Shown in pieces: positions 1 to 38,809 of a stretch of 64,000 nt of DNA. Where the stretch lies: the NCBI GenBank assembly GCA_012295275.1, contig CM022672.1, positions 25,048,001-25,112,000 on the forward strand. Reading direction: 5' to 3'. Made by a program: the position numbers and the translations under genes. The DNA comes from Chrysomallon squamiferum. Taxonomy: Eukaryota > Animalia > Mollusca. How positions within the stretch are numbered: position 1 is the stretch's first letter; each line of letters opens with the position of its first letter. Below the pieces are notes generated by a model, which was not told where the DNA came from, did not search any database, and saw only the letters and a list, made by a program, of their open reading frames with translations.

Positions 1-134
1 TTTGTTTTCCTTCTTCCAGGTTCCATGACTGTAAACAAACACTGCATTATAACGATAAGTCAAAGCAATACATTATTAGTAAAACAAAATACTTACAGGT
101 AGCCTGAAGGTGATATGAATAACATACATTCCAG

Positions 135-136
<2 letters not shown>

Positions 137-195
<59 letters not shown>

Positions 196-312
196 TAAAA
201 AATGATACTACGATTAGTACTATTGTATTACTATTACTTTTATTAATGGCAGTAATAATTAGTAGTAGTAGTAACAGCAGCAGTAGCAGTAGTAACAACA
301 TTGTTGCTATTT

Positions 313-356
<44 letters not shown>

Positions 357-642
357 GCAAGAACCATAACAGTAGTAGTAATAATAACAACAACAACAAC
401 AACAAATTAACGAATTTAATGTATTTTAAAATTAAAAAAGAACGCAGGTAATAACATAATTTAAACATCTTTAATTAAATTATTTGTAAAGAACTTTATT
501 CACTTATTCGTCTGCGGATTTTCCTTCTACGATGTCGTCTGCTTTTCCGTTTGTTCACTTCCGGACATTCAGAAAAATCATCGTCACTACCATCAATTTC
601 TGGCTTTACCGCTATGGAAGAAAAAAAAATATATATAATAAT

Positions 643-699
<57 letters not shown>

Positions 700-719
700 A
701 ACAATAATAATAATAATAA
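137..719. repeat. Cluster of (AAT)n, (AGT/AGC)n and (AAC)n microsatellites
   Basis: Runs seen directly at about 137-188, 259-296, 316-353, 371-404 and 633-719. Confidence 0.95.
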
Positions 720-2206
720 GTCAAACAACACAAATCTGCATACCAAGAACATTATCTTTTAAAAAGTGTGATGTCGCCAGCGAGCTAACAAAATAACAAG
801 CAGCTATCAAAAATTATGAAAAATGGCAACATCTGCCTGTACATCGCTGCTATTTTAAAAGCAAGGAGATTATTTAAAGTTTTCCTGGGCATTACAATAT
901 TACAACAGTTATTACAATAACCGATTTTTGGGTTCGGTTATTCTGAATATATGACATAAAAGTGAATATACATCACAGATTTCGAAAATTATTTGTCGTT
1001 ACAAAATACATAAATAAATAAATAAATATAAAAATTATAATAAATTAATAATAAATTTCATTCAAAGAAATAAATAACTTTAAACAAATTTTCATTTTTA
1101 TAGGTCAGTGTGAAGAATTACTTTTAAATATAGCAAAGAAAAAAAAATGAGCTAAACAACGAAACATTTTTATATGAAACGCATTTCATCTTGAAATTAT
1201 ATCCACTATAATGATGGAGCAACGCTAAATCCACCTCCAGTTGCTTCAGTATTTGAAAACATTTTTTTCCCCACATTATTTGTAAAAATATTTATTATAA
1301 ATTCGAGAATTAAAATGAACTAATTAAGGACACACTCACGTTTTAACTTCAGAACAAAACCTCTGCCGCCCTTTTGAGTATTTGCTAACTCTGAACTCAA
1401 TATCAACACACCCATCGTGAAATTCTTGTTCCACTTTTTTATCACTAGTAAACTTCTTCAAACGTTTTCTGCTGCCGTCTTCACCGACACTGAAAATTTT
1501 AACATTATCATTACGGTTGTCGGGATCGAGGTCGATATCGTCTGATGAAATGCGCAAACCTAACTTCCGGTGAATGCGTATTCTCATTCGACAGAAAGTC
1601 TTTTTTGTGTCGTAATGCCATGGATAATATTTGTGACTTCGTATGAGACCGTAGGTTAAGTTAACAGTTCTCCTGTTTCTGTCACATATGTCAAACACCT
1701 GATCTGTAACAGTTAATTTAAGAAGGAAATAAATAATGAAAATCCTACTGAAGTAGATGACCTGACGTTATCTGTTACCATTTGTCATTATACGTTATCA
1801 TTATGTTGTCATAAGACGTCATCATTATGTTAAAATTATCGGTTTCTAAGTATCTTCCAATCTTAATTTTTAAAAAGCAGCAAAGACTAGTCTCTATTAA
1901 TAAATAGCAAAATCTGTTACATTAGCAAAAGGACATTTAAAAAACTGTAATTCTAAAAACTTGCACACACACACACACACACACACGAAATAGCATAGTT
2001 AATTTCCTTGTGAAGTACTTTTTAAAAAGTTATTTCAAAATAAATAAAAAATGTCGCTGATTAAAGATAAAGATACTCCATAATATTGCTTATTCTGATT
2101 CGAAAGGCAAAGCTTGAAGTCAAATTAGAAGGCTAAGTTACTTATTATTATTTTAATATAGTTTATTCTTCTTCTGCTAATTAAATAGACACATATACAC
2201 ACAACC

Positions 2207-2263
<57 letters not shown>

Positions 2264-2622
2264 GAAACAAAACCCCCACAGAAATACCTTTGGCAATGCA
2301 GCTAAATCCTAAGAGAGAGAGATAACTGGGAGGCAGAGCCAGACAAGACGGTACTGAAGAAAGTGTTATTGGAATACCAGATCTCCACTTCAGCTCACAC
2401 TGGCTTTTCCAGTAGCACTTGTTTCTCTGCGTGAGCAATGTGTGAGTCAGGCCAACGCAGTCTCCATTTTGGTGCATGCAACTTCTGAAATTGCTGACGC
2501 CAACTTGCAGTTCTGGTTTGTAAATCACGTGATCACTTGAACAGTAGAGATTGGTACTTTTTTCTTTCGATGAAATGCACTCGTCCAGTCGGTTACTATC
2601 TGTTAAAATTTAAGAGTTGATA

Positions 2623-2665
<43 letters not shown>

Positions 2666-5600
2666 GTATTTATAGAATGTAATAAATAACTATTCAAGAT
2701 ACAAGAAATATAATTGATCTGAAGACAATAATGTACTCGTTTTGAATATAATAAATATAACTGTTCTGAAGATTACGAATTCAAGATATAAAATATATAG
2801 CTTTTCTGAAGATAAGAAATATATTTGTTCTGAAGTTTAAGAATATAACTGTTCTAAAGATAACAAATAAAGCAGTTTTGGATAAAAACATTTAGTTGTT
2901 CTAAAGATAAAATGAGCAACACTCACCTGCGTTGTTATGCGACTGACTGTTGAAAAAGAAAGACGCTTTGTCATAAGTAACAAAGTCACTAGAGTTGTGT
3001 GGTAATGGAAAACCATTCTCTGGAACATCTATCAAAAAAAAAATATATATATATATCACGGCGATTAACCAATAAATCTCAGAGTATTGAAACACTCCAT
3101 ATGAATTTGATTTCAGAAATGAATTGTTCAAAATGTTCAAGACAAATCTGACTTAGTAAGCATATTCTTGTATTTTATTTTACTTTTTATAAATAATGAA
3201 AGAACACAAGACCTGCCTAAGCCTAATGGTAGCATCTTTTTAAAGTAGGGCATACTTAAACAGACAAATGTGGAGGAAGATAGAAGGAAACAGCTTTTAT
3301 TATAATTATCATGAATACTTACTTTCGAATTGTAAAATAAATCCAGTAGCAGATTTCACACCAGGTGTCACAGTAAAGATTATTTCCACGAACCCTTCTT
3401 TTATGAACCAGCGCTTCCTGTCGGACAGTTTGGCGTTGCGCAGCAGGAAATGGTCTGAATTCATCATTGCAAGTCTTATCTCGAGTTTATCTGAATCATC
3501 AGTTTCCAGTTCCAGATCATCTACTGTTAACACAAGAATGTGTCCAGAACGAGGCTTAAGTGTTCGACGACAGGTACCGCGCATTCCCCCGTAAGTCCAC
3601 GGGTAATCCGAGTGACTCCGAATTACTCCGAGAGCAGACTTGATACTGTAGGTATCTGCGGAGCAAATGTCGTAGATGTTTTCTGAAAATAATTTTTGAG
3701 AAAAGACAAATAATAATAGAAAAGATTAAATTTATTTTTATAAACATATTTATTTATATATTTCATGCTTTTTATTTCATTTAATTTTGTTTTCATTTTA
3801 ATGAAGCCTAATTATATTCATTAAGATATTCTCCGTCCGTTTAATAATTTATTTTGCTATAAAATTTATATTTATTAATATTTTTATACAACATAATTTC
3901 TAATGTCATCTTTAAACACGTCCTGGACATTGACTTTCCAAAAATAACCAGCGAAATTATTGCCATGTGTTTAGAATATTGATTATAAATGCAAAAATCA
4001 GACGAAAAGGAATTTATTTAGAATATTGAATTAATCAAAGATATTACAAACTGATGAAACTGAATATATTTACAATATTGCAACATCAAAAAATATTGCC
4101 ATTATATGACATTCAAAACGTTTAGCATATTACATCATTAAAAAAAAAAAAGGATCATCATCAAACAATATTCAATATATTTTGAATATTGCATCATCCG
4201 TCATTTCGAGTTTCAGAAATTCTACATGGGCTGCAAAGCACGTAGAATAATAATTATATCGTGTTTGTTAACGACGTAAAAACTAATGAAACGCACATTT
4301 ACGTCACTTTGTACTTATGAGTTCCGTCTTCCTGATAAGCCCAGAATCGTGGTAGTTAAGATATAAAATTAGAAATCATCTACAGATCTACATCAAGATA
4401 AATGTACTTAATTACCTTCCTTCATTGTTAAACACACACACAGAGGCCAGATACATATACAGATGCAAACAAGCTTACATATATACATATATATATACAC
4501 ACATTCATACGTAGATACACACACATACACACACTTATATGCACATACATACACATATATATACACACACACCAAACACATATGCATGCATACGAAAAAA
4601 AATGCATGCATACATACATACATACATATATACATACACATATATACATATGTACCACACACAAACACACACGAAAACTGTATTTTATTACATATCTATA
4701 GATATGCAAATCTGGTTCCTTAAAAAAACAAATTATAATTTTATAAATTCTTATATCGATTTAAATATATTATCTCTATTTAGTTTACAAAAGTTTTTAA
4801 ATAGTTTCACATATTAAATATCCTTCTTTTTTACCTTATAAAAGTTTATAAATATATTAAATTTGGGTAAAAATATCAATCTTTATTTTATTACAAAAAT
4901 AAATTAACTATACTTAATATTAAAGAAACTATTAACACCTGAGAGATTTCTATAAATAGCAAAGAGTAATCAACAATAATAGCAAAAAGCCAACAGATTC
5001 CTTAGGAAATGGATAGTGATGACGTGTACAAACATATATTATAACTGATAATACTGCGAATGTCTACACGCATGACGCTTTGCTAAATATATCAATTAAT
5101 GTTTTCACGGCTGTCAATGACTTCGAAACTTCAACCAAATAAAGCGCGCTATTTCCACACCCATAATACTTAATTCCAGCCGCCATATTGTCCCATAAGC
5201 GGTGTTTTTATGTTGATCATTGTTTAGTTCAGTTGCTCAGCAAGCGTCAGTACTTCCTTTGTTAGAAAGTATTATTCATAGGCACAGTGGTGAACGGTAC
5301 GAAAGTGGACGGCATTTAACATTTATACCGTTTCCGAAGACGAAAACACAATGAGAAATTCCAGTTAAAAATATTAAAAATTAATTTCACAACACATGAA
5401 ATTAGTTGATGTAAATTATAATCAATTCTGTGTCTTATTACACTGATTAAGATATACATGTACACTTTATGTTCAGTTTGTTGTTTATTATTTATTTCTC
5501 TACATTGTCAGAGAGTATTATAGACTTTTAAATGCAACTTTACAATATGCAAAGAATTTGCTAAACATTGGGAAATATTACAGAAATACAATACAAATCT

Positions 5601-8600
5601 CAAAGAAGGGATGCCAATTTCGAAATGAATAGATATAATTACGATAGGTATACTTCCTATAGTATTAAAGAACAAATCAACATTGTAAGTCTTAGTTCTT
5701 CTCTGTGTCCAACTGACACAATACAGACTTTCGTTTTCTGACTTTGCTGTGGGTCTTTCCACCACAACATGGCTCATTGGTATTAGATTTATTTTCATCA
5801 CTCTTGGATACCTCCACTGTCTTTGAATGCTCGTACAACTCTGCTGTTCTAGTACTGATATTAAATTGTGCAGCTTGAATTCTTGTGAGGCTTTTAAGAG
5901 CCCAGTATTATGTGAGCAGTGGCCACTTAGCCTGAAAGTATAAAAAGAAATTCGTTTATAAACATGATCACCTGTTGTTTTCAAATAATAATAATACACC
6001 CAGTTGATATTTAGCTATATACGAATAATACACATGTCCACACAGAGCCACTGAACAGAAAAATAAGAAGAAAGATATATTTTAATGCATGACTCTCAAC
6101 ACACTTTATCTACTGTTATATGGTGTCGGACACATGGTTAAGGACCACACTATACTGTCAGTGGAAACCCACTGTTGCCACTTCATGGGCTACCATTTTT
6201 GATTAGCAGTACCCACAAACAGGATAGTATGTGCCAGTTTGGAAGAAGAAATGGCCCAATGGACCCACAGACATTGTGAAAGAACAAAAGAAAAAAAAAA
6301 ACTGTGTGTGTCTGATGCATATGACCAAAATCGGTTTTGAGGTAAATTCAAACTAAACAGTTGGGCGATCTATTGTAAATATTTAACTATTACAAATAGT
6401 CTTGATAATGCAGCTTTAAGACACGTGTCATTTGTTATATTTTGGTTTGTTACGTTTCTTTTTTCTTTGCACTGAAGTAAACCATGCTGCAAAATAAATT
6501 TAATAAACGATATATACTCACCCAGGAGCAGTTAGCCTCTTGTAACTGTTTCGTCTCCAAGCAAACGTGAATATGCAGTTTGTGTGCCGACTCGTTTTTC
6601 CTCATGGAAAGCAAACATTTCGCATTCACTGTCCTTTGATTTTAGCCGGAAATTTTTATATCGTGGATTATATCTTGTGCTTTTCTGGAAAGGCTCGAGC
6701 TCTCAGGAAGATATGAAACCGACAGATCATTTGTAATACTTTTTAAATTAGCTACGCCGTCTGCTACTGATTCCGCCATTTTGGATGTTAGCTTGTGGGA
6801 CATACAGTATTCCCTCGCTATTCGCGGGGGTTACGTTCTTTACCCCCCCGCGAATAGCGAAAAACCGCGAATATTGGATGCAGTTTTAAAACGTCTATTA
6901 TGAGATTATATACGGTACTAAATGCTTCCCAAACACTTTCTAAAGACACTCTTACTCATTAATACAGTAATAATGTAGTAATATTGCATGCAGTTATGTA
7001 TTTCACTAATGTAGTAATGATAATGTAAACACATTTTAATTTTGTACTGAAACAATATTTTAATCAGAAAGAAACGTAAGTACAGGAGGACAGTAACACC
7101 GCATAGTATAGTTACCCATACTGTATTACTGCACCGTAAAGTCATTTTCTATGCGTACAACATATGTATTAGAATTGACAGAAAGTGGAACAAATTTAAA
7201 GGCAAAATAGACAGATAAATACAGTACGCACAGTTCAGGTAATAATATGCAATTAAAAACATTATTAATACACGGTCACAAAAAATATGCACTGTATATA
7301 CAGTGTATGCATTTATAAAAAAAATACGTACTGTATTGCAATAATAATTGAAAAAATTTGATATTGTTTGTGCGGTTTACCGAGCATTTGTTTTTATGAC
7401 GTTATGACGCTAGCCTGGTATACCAGCATACGATGCGATAGGGTTAAGAGCCTAACCCGCGAATATACGGGGCCGCGAATGGGGAACCGCGAATAGGTGA
7501 GGGTATACTGTATTAACAATAACAAATAGGGAGTGGCTTACGAAGTAATTGTGGGAAAAAGGAATTAAGGTTACGTTTCAACGAAAGACAGTTCAACAAC
7601 AACTACGCACACCCAAATATACAGTTCATTATTACATAAAAAGATTTCTCGGGAACTGCTTTTTGTTAATAACTGATTCAGTAGAGATAAACAGTTTACT
7701 GAATAAATAATGGCATTAAGCCGATATTTAATTATTTTGCAGATAAACAGTCATGGAGTATTTATAGTGATGATTCGTCAGTTCGTTTGAAGTGACCGAT
7801 TTTGAAAACATTGCAGCTAACTGTAACAGGACAATAATAAAAGGCAGATTTAGAGATATAAATATACCAAGCTAAAATAATTGTGAATGGAGATCCTGGA
7901 TACATGACCAAAAAAAAAAAAAAAAAAAAAAATATTTAATTATTTAAAAAATACCCACAGATTAACAAACTTACTAACGAAATAATATATATATATATTA
8001 TTTCGTTAGTGAGTGGGTTAATTTGTTAGTAAATTAAACAGAGAAAACTAACCAGTGGGTACACACGTAGGACTTTCATAGTTAACATAGTTGGCTCGTT
8101 TTCCCATACATTCTCGTCGTTTTGTTGATACAATGTCGAGTTTGCTTCGCCACCTGAGTGAGCAGGACTCACGCCAGTAACATTTATTTTTCTGCGTGAG
8201 CAGAGAAGTAGTGAGTCCAGTGCAATCGCCATCTTGGAAGAAGCAGGAGCTGCTGTTGCTGATTCCTGCGTAAAAAACCGGCCTGTATATCACATGACCA
8301 CGTGGACAGTTGAACGTGACTTTGTCCTCCCTGTGGTTGATGCATTTTCCAATAATAGCACCTGTCATATAAATGAAGAATGGCTTCTTATTACTTGTAA
8401 TTGAGATAATTGTTGATAACGAAGAATATGTTTTATTATTATTATCTTTTTATAGTTCCATAGAAGAAGAAGAAGAAGAAGAAGAAAAAAGAAAGAAATA
8501 GAAACAATTTTAAAATCAGTCGTTCTTGCTAACATACTTTTCTTCTTTTTTATTCCTCTTTTTAACATTTAATTTCTCTTCCTATTAATTTTGCGAATGT

Positions 8601-9765
8601 TAAAATACAGTTTCTTGATTATAATTTACTAGAAACACGACTAAAGTATCTAATCTATTTGAGAAAACGTTTAACAACGTCTGTAAAATAACATAAATAT
8701 TAACTTATTACAAAATAAATTACAGTGAAGTATAGATTATGTACGAATTTGAATTATTTACTTCTTTTCTTTCTTTTTTTCAAACATTTACTGCCTAAAA
8801 TAAAGCAATGGAAGTATATAAATCACAAACATTTGATTTTTATACAACAAACAAAGCATAAAGTTGAATCTTTTATTATTGAGAGGAAAAAAAACACAAC
8901 AAATACCAATGGTTTCCGTTACCAGATACTACAAAATGTTAACTGAGCTGATAAAAACGGCAAAATCATGTGTGATGATAAAAGGAATTTTGGGATGGGT
9001 TTAAAATGGAAAATGAAACCTGGTAAATACTAAAGTTGTCTTCTACGTGTCGAGAAATCATTATCCATGACATTTCAGTTTATAGTTATATTTCTAATTT
9101 ACCAAGTGAAAAATGTCTGGTCCAGATTTTGAATATTAAAATAGCACACCTTATTTGTAATGTTAATTTTGATGCTGGTGAAGTGAAAAGACGTCGTAGA
9201 GTACTTGGAAGAATCACTGAATGTTCAACAAACAAAAATCAAACATCGATTTTGAATCAATGAATCTTTTATACAACTACTCCCGAGATTAAATATTATC
9301 AATAGCTATAGATTGAATATTACATTTAATGGAATTCAATTGGTTCCTGTTATTATTATTATTATTATTATTATCATTATTATTATTATTGTTATAATAT
9401 ATATTTTTTTAAATTATAAATACGACAGTAGTAAAAACCGAGTTAATTGATTTCTCAGCAGTTTATATAAACAAAGTTTTATTTACATTTATCTGCATAA
9501 ATGATATTGCAGGTTTGTATTATTAACTGAATATTTAAGAAATGAAAGTAAATCTGATAAGAGGATGGGTCACAACATATATTACCTGTATTTGATATAA
9601 AAACTAAAATCAGCGAGATGCAGAGGTATTTTACATACTGATATTTAACCATAATACTGAATAATTTTATTTAATTAATAAAGGAAAAGAACTTAGAAAC
9701 GTACCTTGGGAAAATTTTAATAGAACAAGAAGTCCGTTAAAAACCACTAACGATAGAGCATTCAT
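496..9765 (-). CDS. Secreted protein: signal peptide, two tandem (SUEL/rhamnose-binding-lectin-like 8-Cys domain + CUB domain) modules, basic C-terminal tail; apparent 1-nt frameshift in exon 6
   Basis: GT-AG exons 9765-9705 (MNALSLVVFNGLLVLLKFSQG), 8361-8053 (8 Cys, SUEL-like spacing), 3682-3323 (CUB: DIC..GVIRSHSDYPW..C..GFILQF), 3028-2927, 2599-2288 (second 8-Cys domain, GDCxGLTxxLLTQxNKCYW shared with exon 2), 1703-1340 (second CUB), 611-496. Introns 1-5 are phase 1; the exon 6/7 join needs one base removed near 1369-1375. Confidence 0.75.
2690..2910. repeat. Degenerate ~22-bp minisatellite (AATATAACTGTTCTGAAGATAAG-like) in an intron
   Basis: Repeated TTCTGAAG/TTCTAAAG plus AATATAA motifs at a roughly 22-25 bp period. 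Confidence 0.6.
4430..4672. repeat. Compound (CA)/(TA)/(CATA) microsatellite
   Basis: Seen directly; it generates the spurious ORFs at 4408-4817. Confidence 0.9.
5180..6800. mobile_element. Decayed, internally deleted ISL2EU/KolobokP-type DNA transposon (THAP remnant on +, SWIM-finger accessory ORF remnant on -)
   Basis: Plus ~5298-5360 translates YESGRHLTFIPFPKTKTQ*E (THAP-like FxPFPK). Minus from ATG 6779: MAESVADGVANL..(in-frame TAA)..VNAKCLLSMRKNESAH..EANCS, then past an intron LSGHCSH..LL..SCTSIQRQWRYPR (SWIM CxC..CxH plus the CTS..QW..P motif of YqaJ-type accessory proteins). The two remnants converge. Confidence 0.6.
6057..6270 (-). mobile_element. Truncated copy of the Nin/Deu-domain SINE family, inserted in the transposon relic
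   Basis: Shares TAAGGACCAC, GAAACCC.CT..GCCACTT.ATGG, GATTAGCAG and ACAGGATA blocks with the copy at 55540-55839. Confidence 0.7.
6805..7510. mobile_element. Non-autonomous Tc1/mariner (pogo/Tigger-like) MITE, ~706 bp
   Basis: Imperfect TIRs CAGTATTCCCTCGCTATTCGCGG ... CCGCGAATAGGTGAGGGTATACTG; TA target duplication at 6803-6804 and 7511-7512; subterminal CCGCGAAT repeats; no transposase ORF. Confidence 0.85.
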
Positions 9766-12700
9766 CTCCGCTGGTTAGTCAGACGGGAAAGTCCCAAACA
9801 CGTCTCGTTTAGGCTTTTATGCTCTATCTCTCTCTATATATATACAACTTCCGGCTACACATGCGAATTGAGGATCGATTCACGTGTTCATTACATTTAT
9901 GGCTTTATTATTTACGTTATTTTTTAATCATTAGTCAGTGGCATATTTGGGTCATATTTCACAAGATGAATTTCAGATATCTGAAAAAACTGTTTACGTC
10001 TTTTCGTCAGTCGGTCAAAAATAGAATGTGACGCAATATACATCACTATGTAAACAGGCTTTGTTGTTAATCTTTTTTCAGTTAAACCCTTTATTGTTGT
10101 TATTGTTGATGTTGTATATAAAATACACCTATCCACAACACCATAAATAAGCCGTGCAATATTTAATATAAATAACGTCTTACACAACTCGAACGTAATA
10201 ACGTTCCTGCAGTGGGACATCACAATGTTTTTTTTTTTTTTTTGGTCCTGGTAGGTGTGGTGTCTTAAGGTTTTTTGTTGTTTTTGGTACGGTTGACGTT
10301 TATTTATTTAAATAGTTCGTTTGTATTTCATTTAAGTACTTTTGGAAAAATAGTCTTTCACTATCTTTTTCCAAAAGTAGCAAGCTTCAAACAATTTAAA
10401 AACAATATATGTAGATGTATTTTTATATAAATTGTATGGCATAAACTTTCGTAATTTCAAATTCTTTTATAAAATTCATTATAGGCGACTAAGACTGAGG
10501 ATCGAGAAGTTTGGGACATCACCGCAAGTCTAATTTTTGAAAGTCATTACGTCATGGTGTTCCGCATTTTTTTTCACCCCCACCCCATGTGTTCATGCAA
10601 TTCTAATTTTAATTTATGATCATGGATTCTCACAACCCATGTTTCCCTTTTGTTTTTGTTGCAGTCTCTTTATGTGTTCAGTCTTTAAATTCTCTATACT
10701 TTTAGCAATGATCAATTCTTATTGTTTTGAGTAAATGGGTTTTCAGTTTTATTTTAGCACAAACATTAACCATAATATCCATCTTAATTATATTATACTT
10801 CTTGGCCACACTGAGAAAGCATTGACTTGAAACGTAGTAGTTGGTACAGCATTTGATGGGTGGCTCATAAATTGAATGCTTGCCACCATGCTTTGTTGTT
10901 AACTGTGGAGCAGATTTCTCAACAGGCTTTCATTAAACATTTTGGTTACTTCCAGTATGATACTGTACTAGACATTTAGATGCTTTGTGCATTCTAGTAA
11001 CCTACCAAATTAGAAAGCTTTTATGAGTTTAGGACTTTTTCAGAGTCGACAACAAGGTTTGTGATTGAAACACTCAAAACAGTTTGTAGAATTACTTTAC
11101 CTACTTTAATAAGAAAATCCATCTTACGTGAGTATTTGGAAAACTTTAAAACCTAAGCAAATAAGCCCCTAAGCTTAGTGCACACACACACACACACTAT
11201 TTCATACGTCCTAGTATTCATTTTATCTTCTAAAATACTTTTCTCATCCCTCTTCACACCCATTGTTTTATCAGTTAACTTCTTAATGAGAATTTTCCAT
11301 CTATGATCCTAAATATTACTACTGTATGTACAACTTACCTTCACTGGTCCAGCCTCAACACTTGAAGTGACTAATTTCAGAACTTAATGGTGAAAAATAC
11401 AGAGACAAAAAAAAAAAGTGAAGTGCATTCTCAGAAGTGTTTAATTGCCAGGTTTCTTAAAGACCCAAAAATAAAACAAACATGCATTACGAGAAAAAAG
11501 TGCTTGCATACCTAGAGAAAGACGTTCGCACTGTTTGATCCATTTGCTCGTCTTAAAATGTGCACTAGCTTCATCCAGTCTTAACAAATAACCCAGTAGA
11601 AATGTTTTTTTCAAAAAGTAAGAATATGTTTACAACTGATTCCAGAGTAAATGTTCGTGAATAAATTGCATAAAAATATAACACTGTCTTTTAACATGTC
11701 CATAGTGTGTGCAGCAACATTAAACATTACTTGTTTTGACTCAAAGTATCCATGTTTCAATCATCCGAATCGAGATATATAAGCTGAATCCATTATACAT
11801 ATACAAGGCTATATAATCAATTTTAGCAATTAAATCCTCGTTAACACTATTTTAAAAGCTTCCCTATAAACATTGTTAAAACTGACCAATGTAAGTCAAT
11901 TAAAGATTAAAAATTTGGGAAAAGGCTGAAAAATAAATATTCTGGAAAAGACAAAAGACACTGCATATAAAATGTACAAGCATTTTAATTTTTTGCAATT
12001 TTTTTTTTATGAGCTCTGTACAGTTGAACTTTGCAGAATAGATCTGAAAATAAATTAATAAAAAAAAAAAAAAAAAATGAAAGAAAAAACTGGAAAAAGA
12101 ATGAATAAATTACCAGATTTTCCGATTCTTCAAAAGTATAAATTTTGAAAAATATCTTCTCAGAACCTTCAATATAAGTAAAAATAAATAATAATAAAAA
12201 AAGATATATATATGTACATACACATATATATTTTTTATTAAAATTGCTCTCCTGCTCAACTGAACAAGCTCAACATTATGATAAATTAAATTTTAAAACC
12301 ATTTTTAAAGAACATCTATTTTATTTACTAAAATTAACACAAAAACAGTCAGATGCTTCACGGTCACCAACTGGGGCACTAGTTGGTTATGCGACCTTTT
12401 CACATCTTCCCCATTTGTTTCAAAAACAAAGACAATTGTGTTGCTTTGGGTACATCTCACCTCTGGGGCATTCTGGAGGAACTCAAATCATACAGTTCAT
12501 CACTTGCGTTGTATACAAAGGACACTTATCTCGATGATCCTTTCCAATAAACTCAAATGGTCAACTTTTAATTTTTTTTTCCTATCCTCAAAAGTATCAT
12601 CACAAAAACAATGTAGATGGTTCAGTACTCCCTTGAAAACACCAAAGATTAAAACTGCCTGGATAACAGCAAAATATTTGAAATACAAGTCAGGTTAAAA

Positions 12701-13295
12701 AATTCTGCCATCTTGTCAAAGGTGCTTCACTATGTTAAACATTATGACCTCACCAGTGTTCATGCATTTTCTATATCCAGTCATTAATTACTAATATTTT
12801 AAAAATAAAAAAATTAAGAAAATAAAGAGGAAAAACATCAAGTCATTATGACAAATGCATTGAAAATACAAAACAATGTTTTTCTGTAACATATCCATCT
12901 ATTTAGTCTCAAACTTGAAAAATTTAGAATTTTCATTTGTGAAAAGAATCAGCACACTTTTCTTTCTGTGAACATTTAGGTCATAAGCCAATTTATAAAA
13001 ACAGTAAGTGTTTAGCTGTCACAATCAGTGTCAGTGTTTCTGTCAAGACGTACACACATCAGGAACTAACACGTCGTCTTGTCAGTCAGTCCTTAGGAAA
13101 TGCACACGATCACTAGCAAGTTGTTTGACATCAGCTTTTTCTCCATTCATGTAGATATAGATTTAAACTTTAATTTCTGAAAACAGTGTCGATCCTATTT
13201 TAAATTTCTGCTATGTCATGTTAAATCACCTGAACAATAAATAAAACTATATAGGTTTAGTTACAACACAAACTACAGGGAGTGACAACAAGCAA

Positions 13296-37804
<24,509 letters not shown>

Positions 37805-38809
37805 CTTGTCGAAGCACACACATTGAAGTCTGTCTTGTATACCCTATGAACGAACCGCAAGTATCTGTAAAATAGAATACAAATTTTCAGAAACAAACAT
37901 TTCTTGAAGTAAACAAAACTGGATATGAAGCAAGTAAATTAATGAATTCTAAAAATATAAGCAAATAAATATTTCTCCAAGATGAAGGAATTTTAGCATT
38001 TAAAACCTTAATATGAATCTCATTTTATATTACAGTTTGAAGATACCATACAGTTTTCAGATTGTCTTGTATACATCAAGTTTATTTAATGCCCAAAATT
38101 GTTACATAAAAAATGTGTATTTTGACTTAGATCCTCTTTTCAAACTATATCCTTGTGCTCCAAAACCTGAAAAATGTTTGAAATCTGCAACACTTCTGGT
38201 TACAAACATCAAAGGATCCTTAATTTGTAATCATAAAATCAAGTAAGCATACCCCTTGATGTTTATAAAGCAAAATTAGTTTTAAAACAAAATTGTAAAT
38301 AACGTGAAACCATGAACATCATTCAAAATGTGCTTAATGTATATATAAACAGAAGAGTATAAGGATCAAAATCCTATTTCATCAACACACATTTAACTCT
38401 GCATGGTTTTAATATGTATTACTAGCTAATATATAAATCTGCTCATACTTTTATATGAATATTACAGGTAGTAAATTTAATTTAAAAATATAATTGAACA
38501 GAAATGACTGAAGTTCACCTGTACCACCCTACTGCATTAACCCCGATATCTGTATTGTATGGACAGATATACAATTTTTTTTTTAATTCATTTCAGAACA
38601 AAAACTACATGTAATTTTAACGTAAAAATTAATATTCCTATCAATTTATTTTCAAATGATGATATAAAATTTCTATAGCCTGATCTGCTCCGAGTTTCAA
38701 ACTATTACAAACATATGGACATAAAATCTGAGATTTTTACAGCACTTATTAAGTTTTCTTTAACCTGTATCAAGACATAACCTTTAGACTGGCATTAGGT
38801 TTCTGAAGA

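Noticed and set aside
47-796. Homopolymeric ORFs (also 4408-4817, 50496-50813, 59360-59853)
   Set aside because: Translations of microsatellites or low-complexity sequence.
1369-1375. Programmed ribosomal frameshift in the CUB gene
   Set aside because: The required shift is +1, the site is not a canonical slippery heptamer and no stimulatory structure is evident; an indel is simpler.
13200-13250. Acceptor-like TTTATTGTTCAG|GTG downstream of the PRRC2 stop
   Set aside because: No convincing partner donor; an alternative last exon cannot be supported without transcripts.
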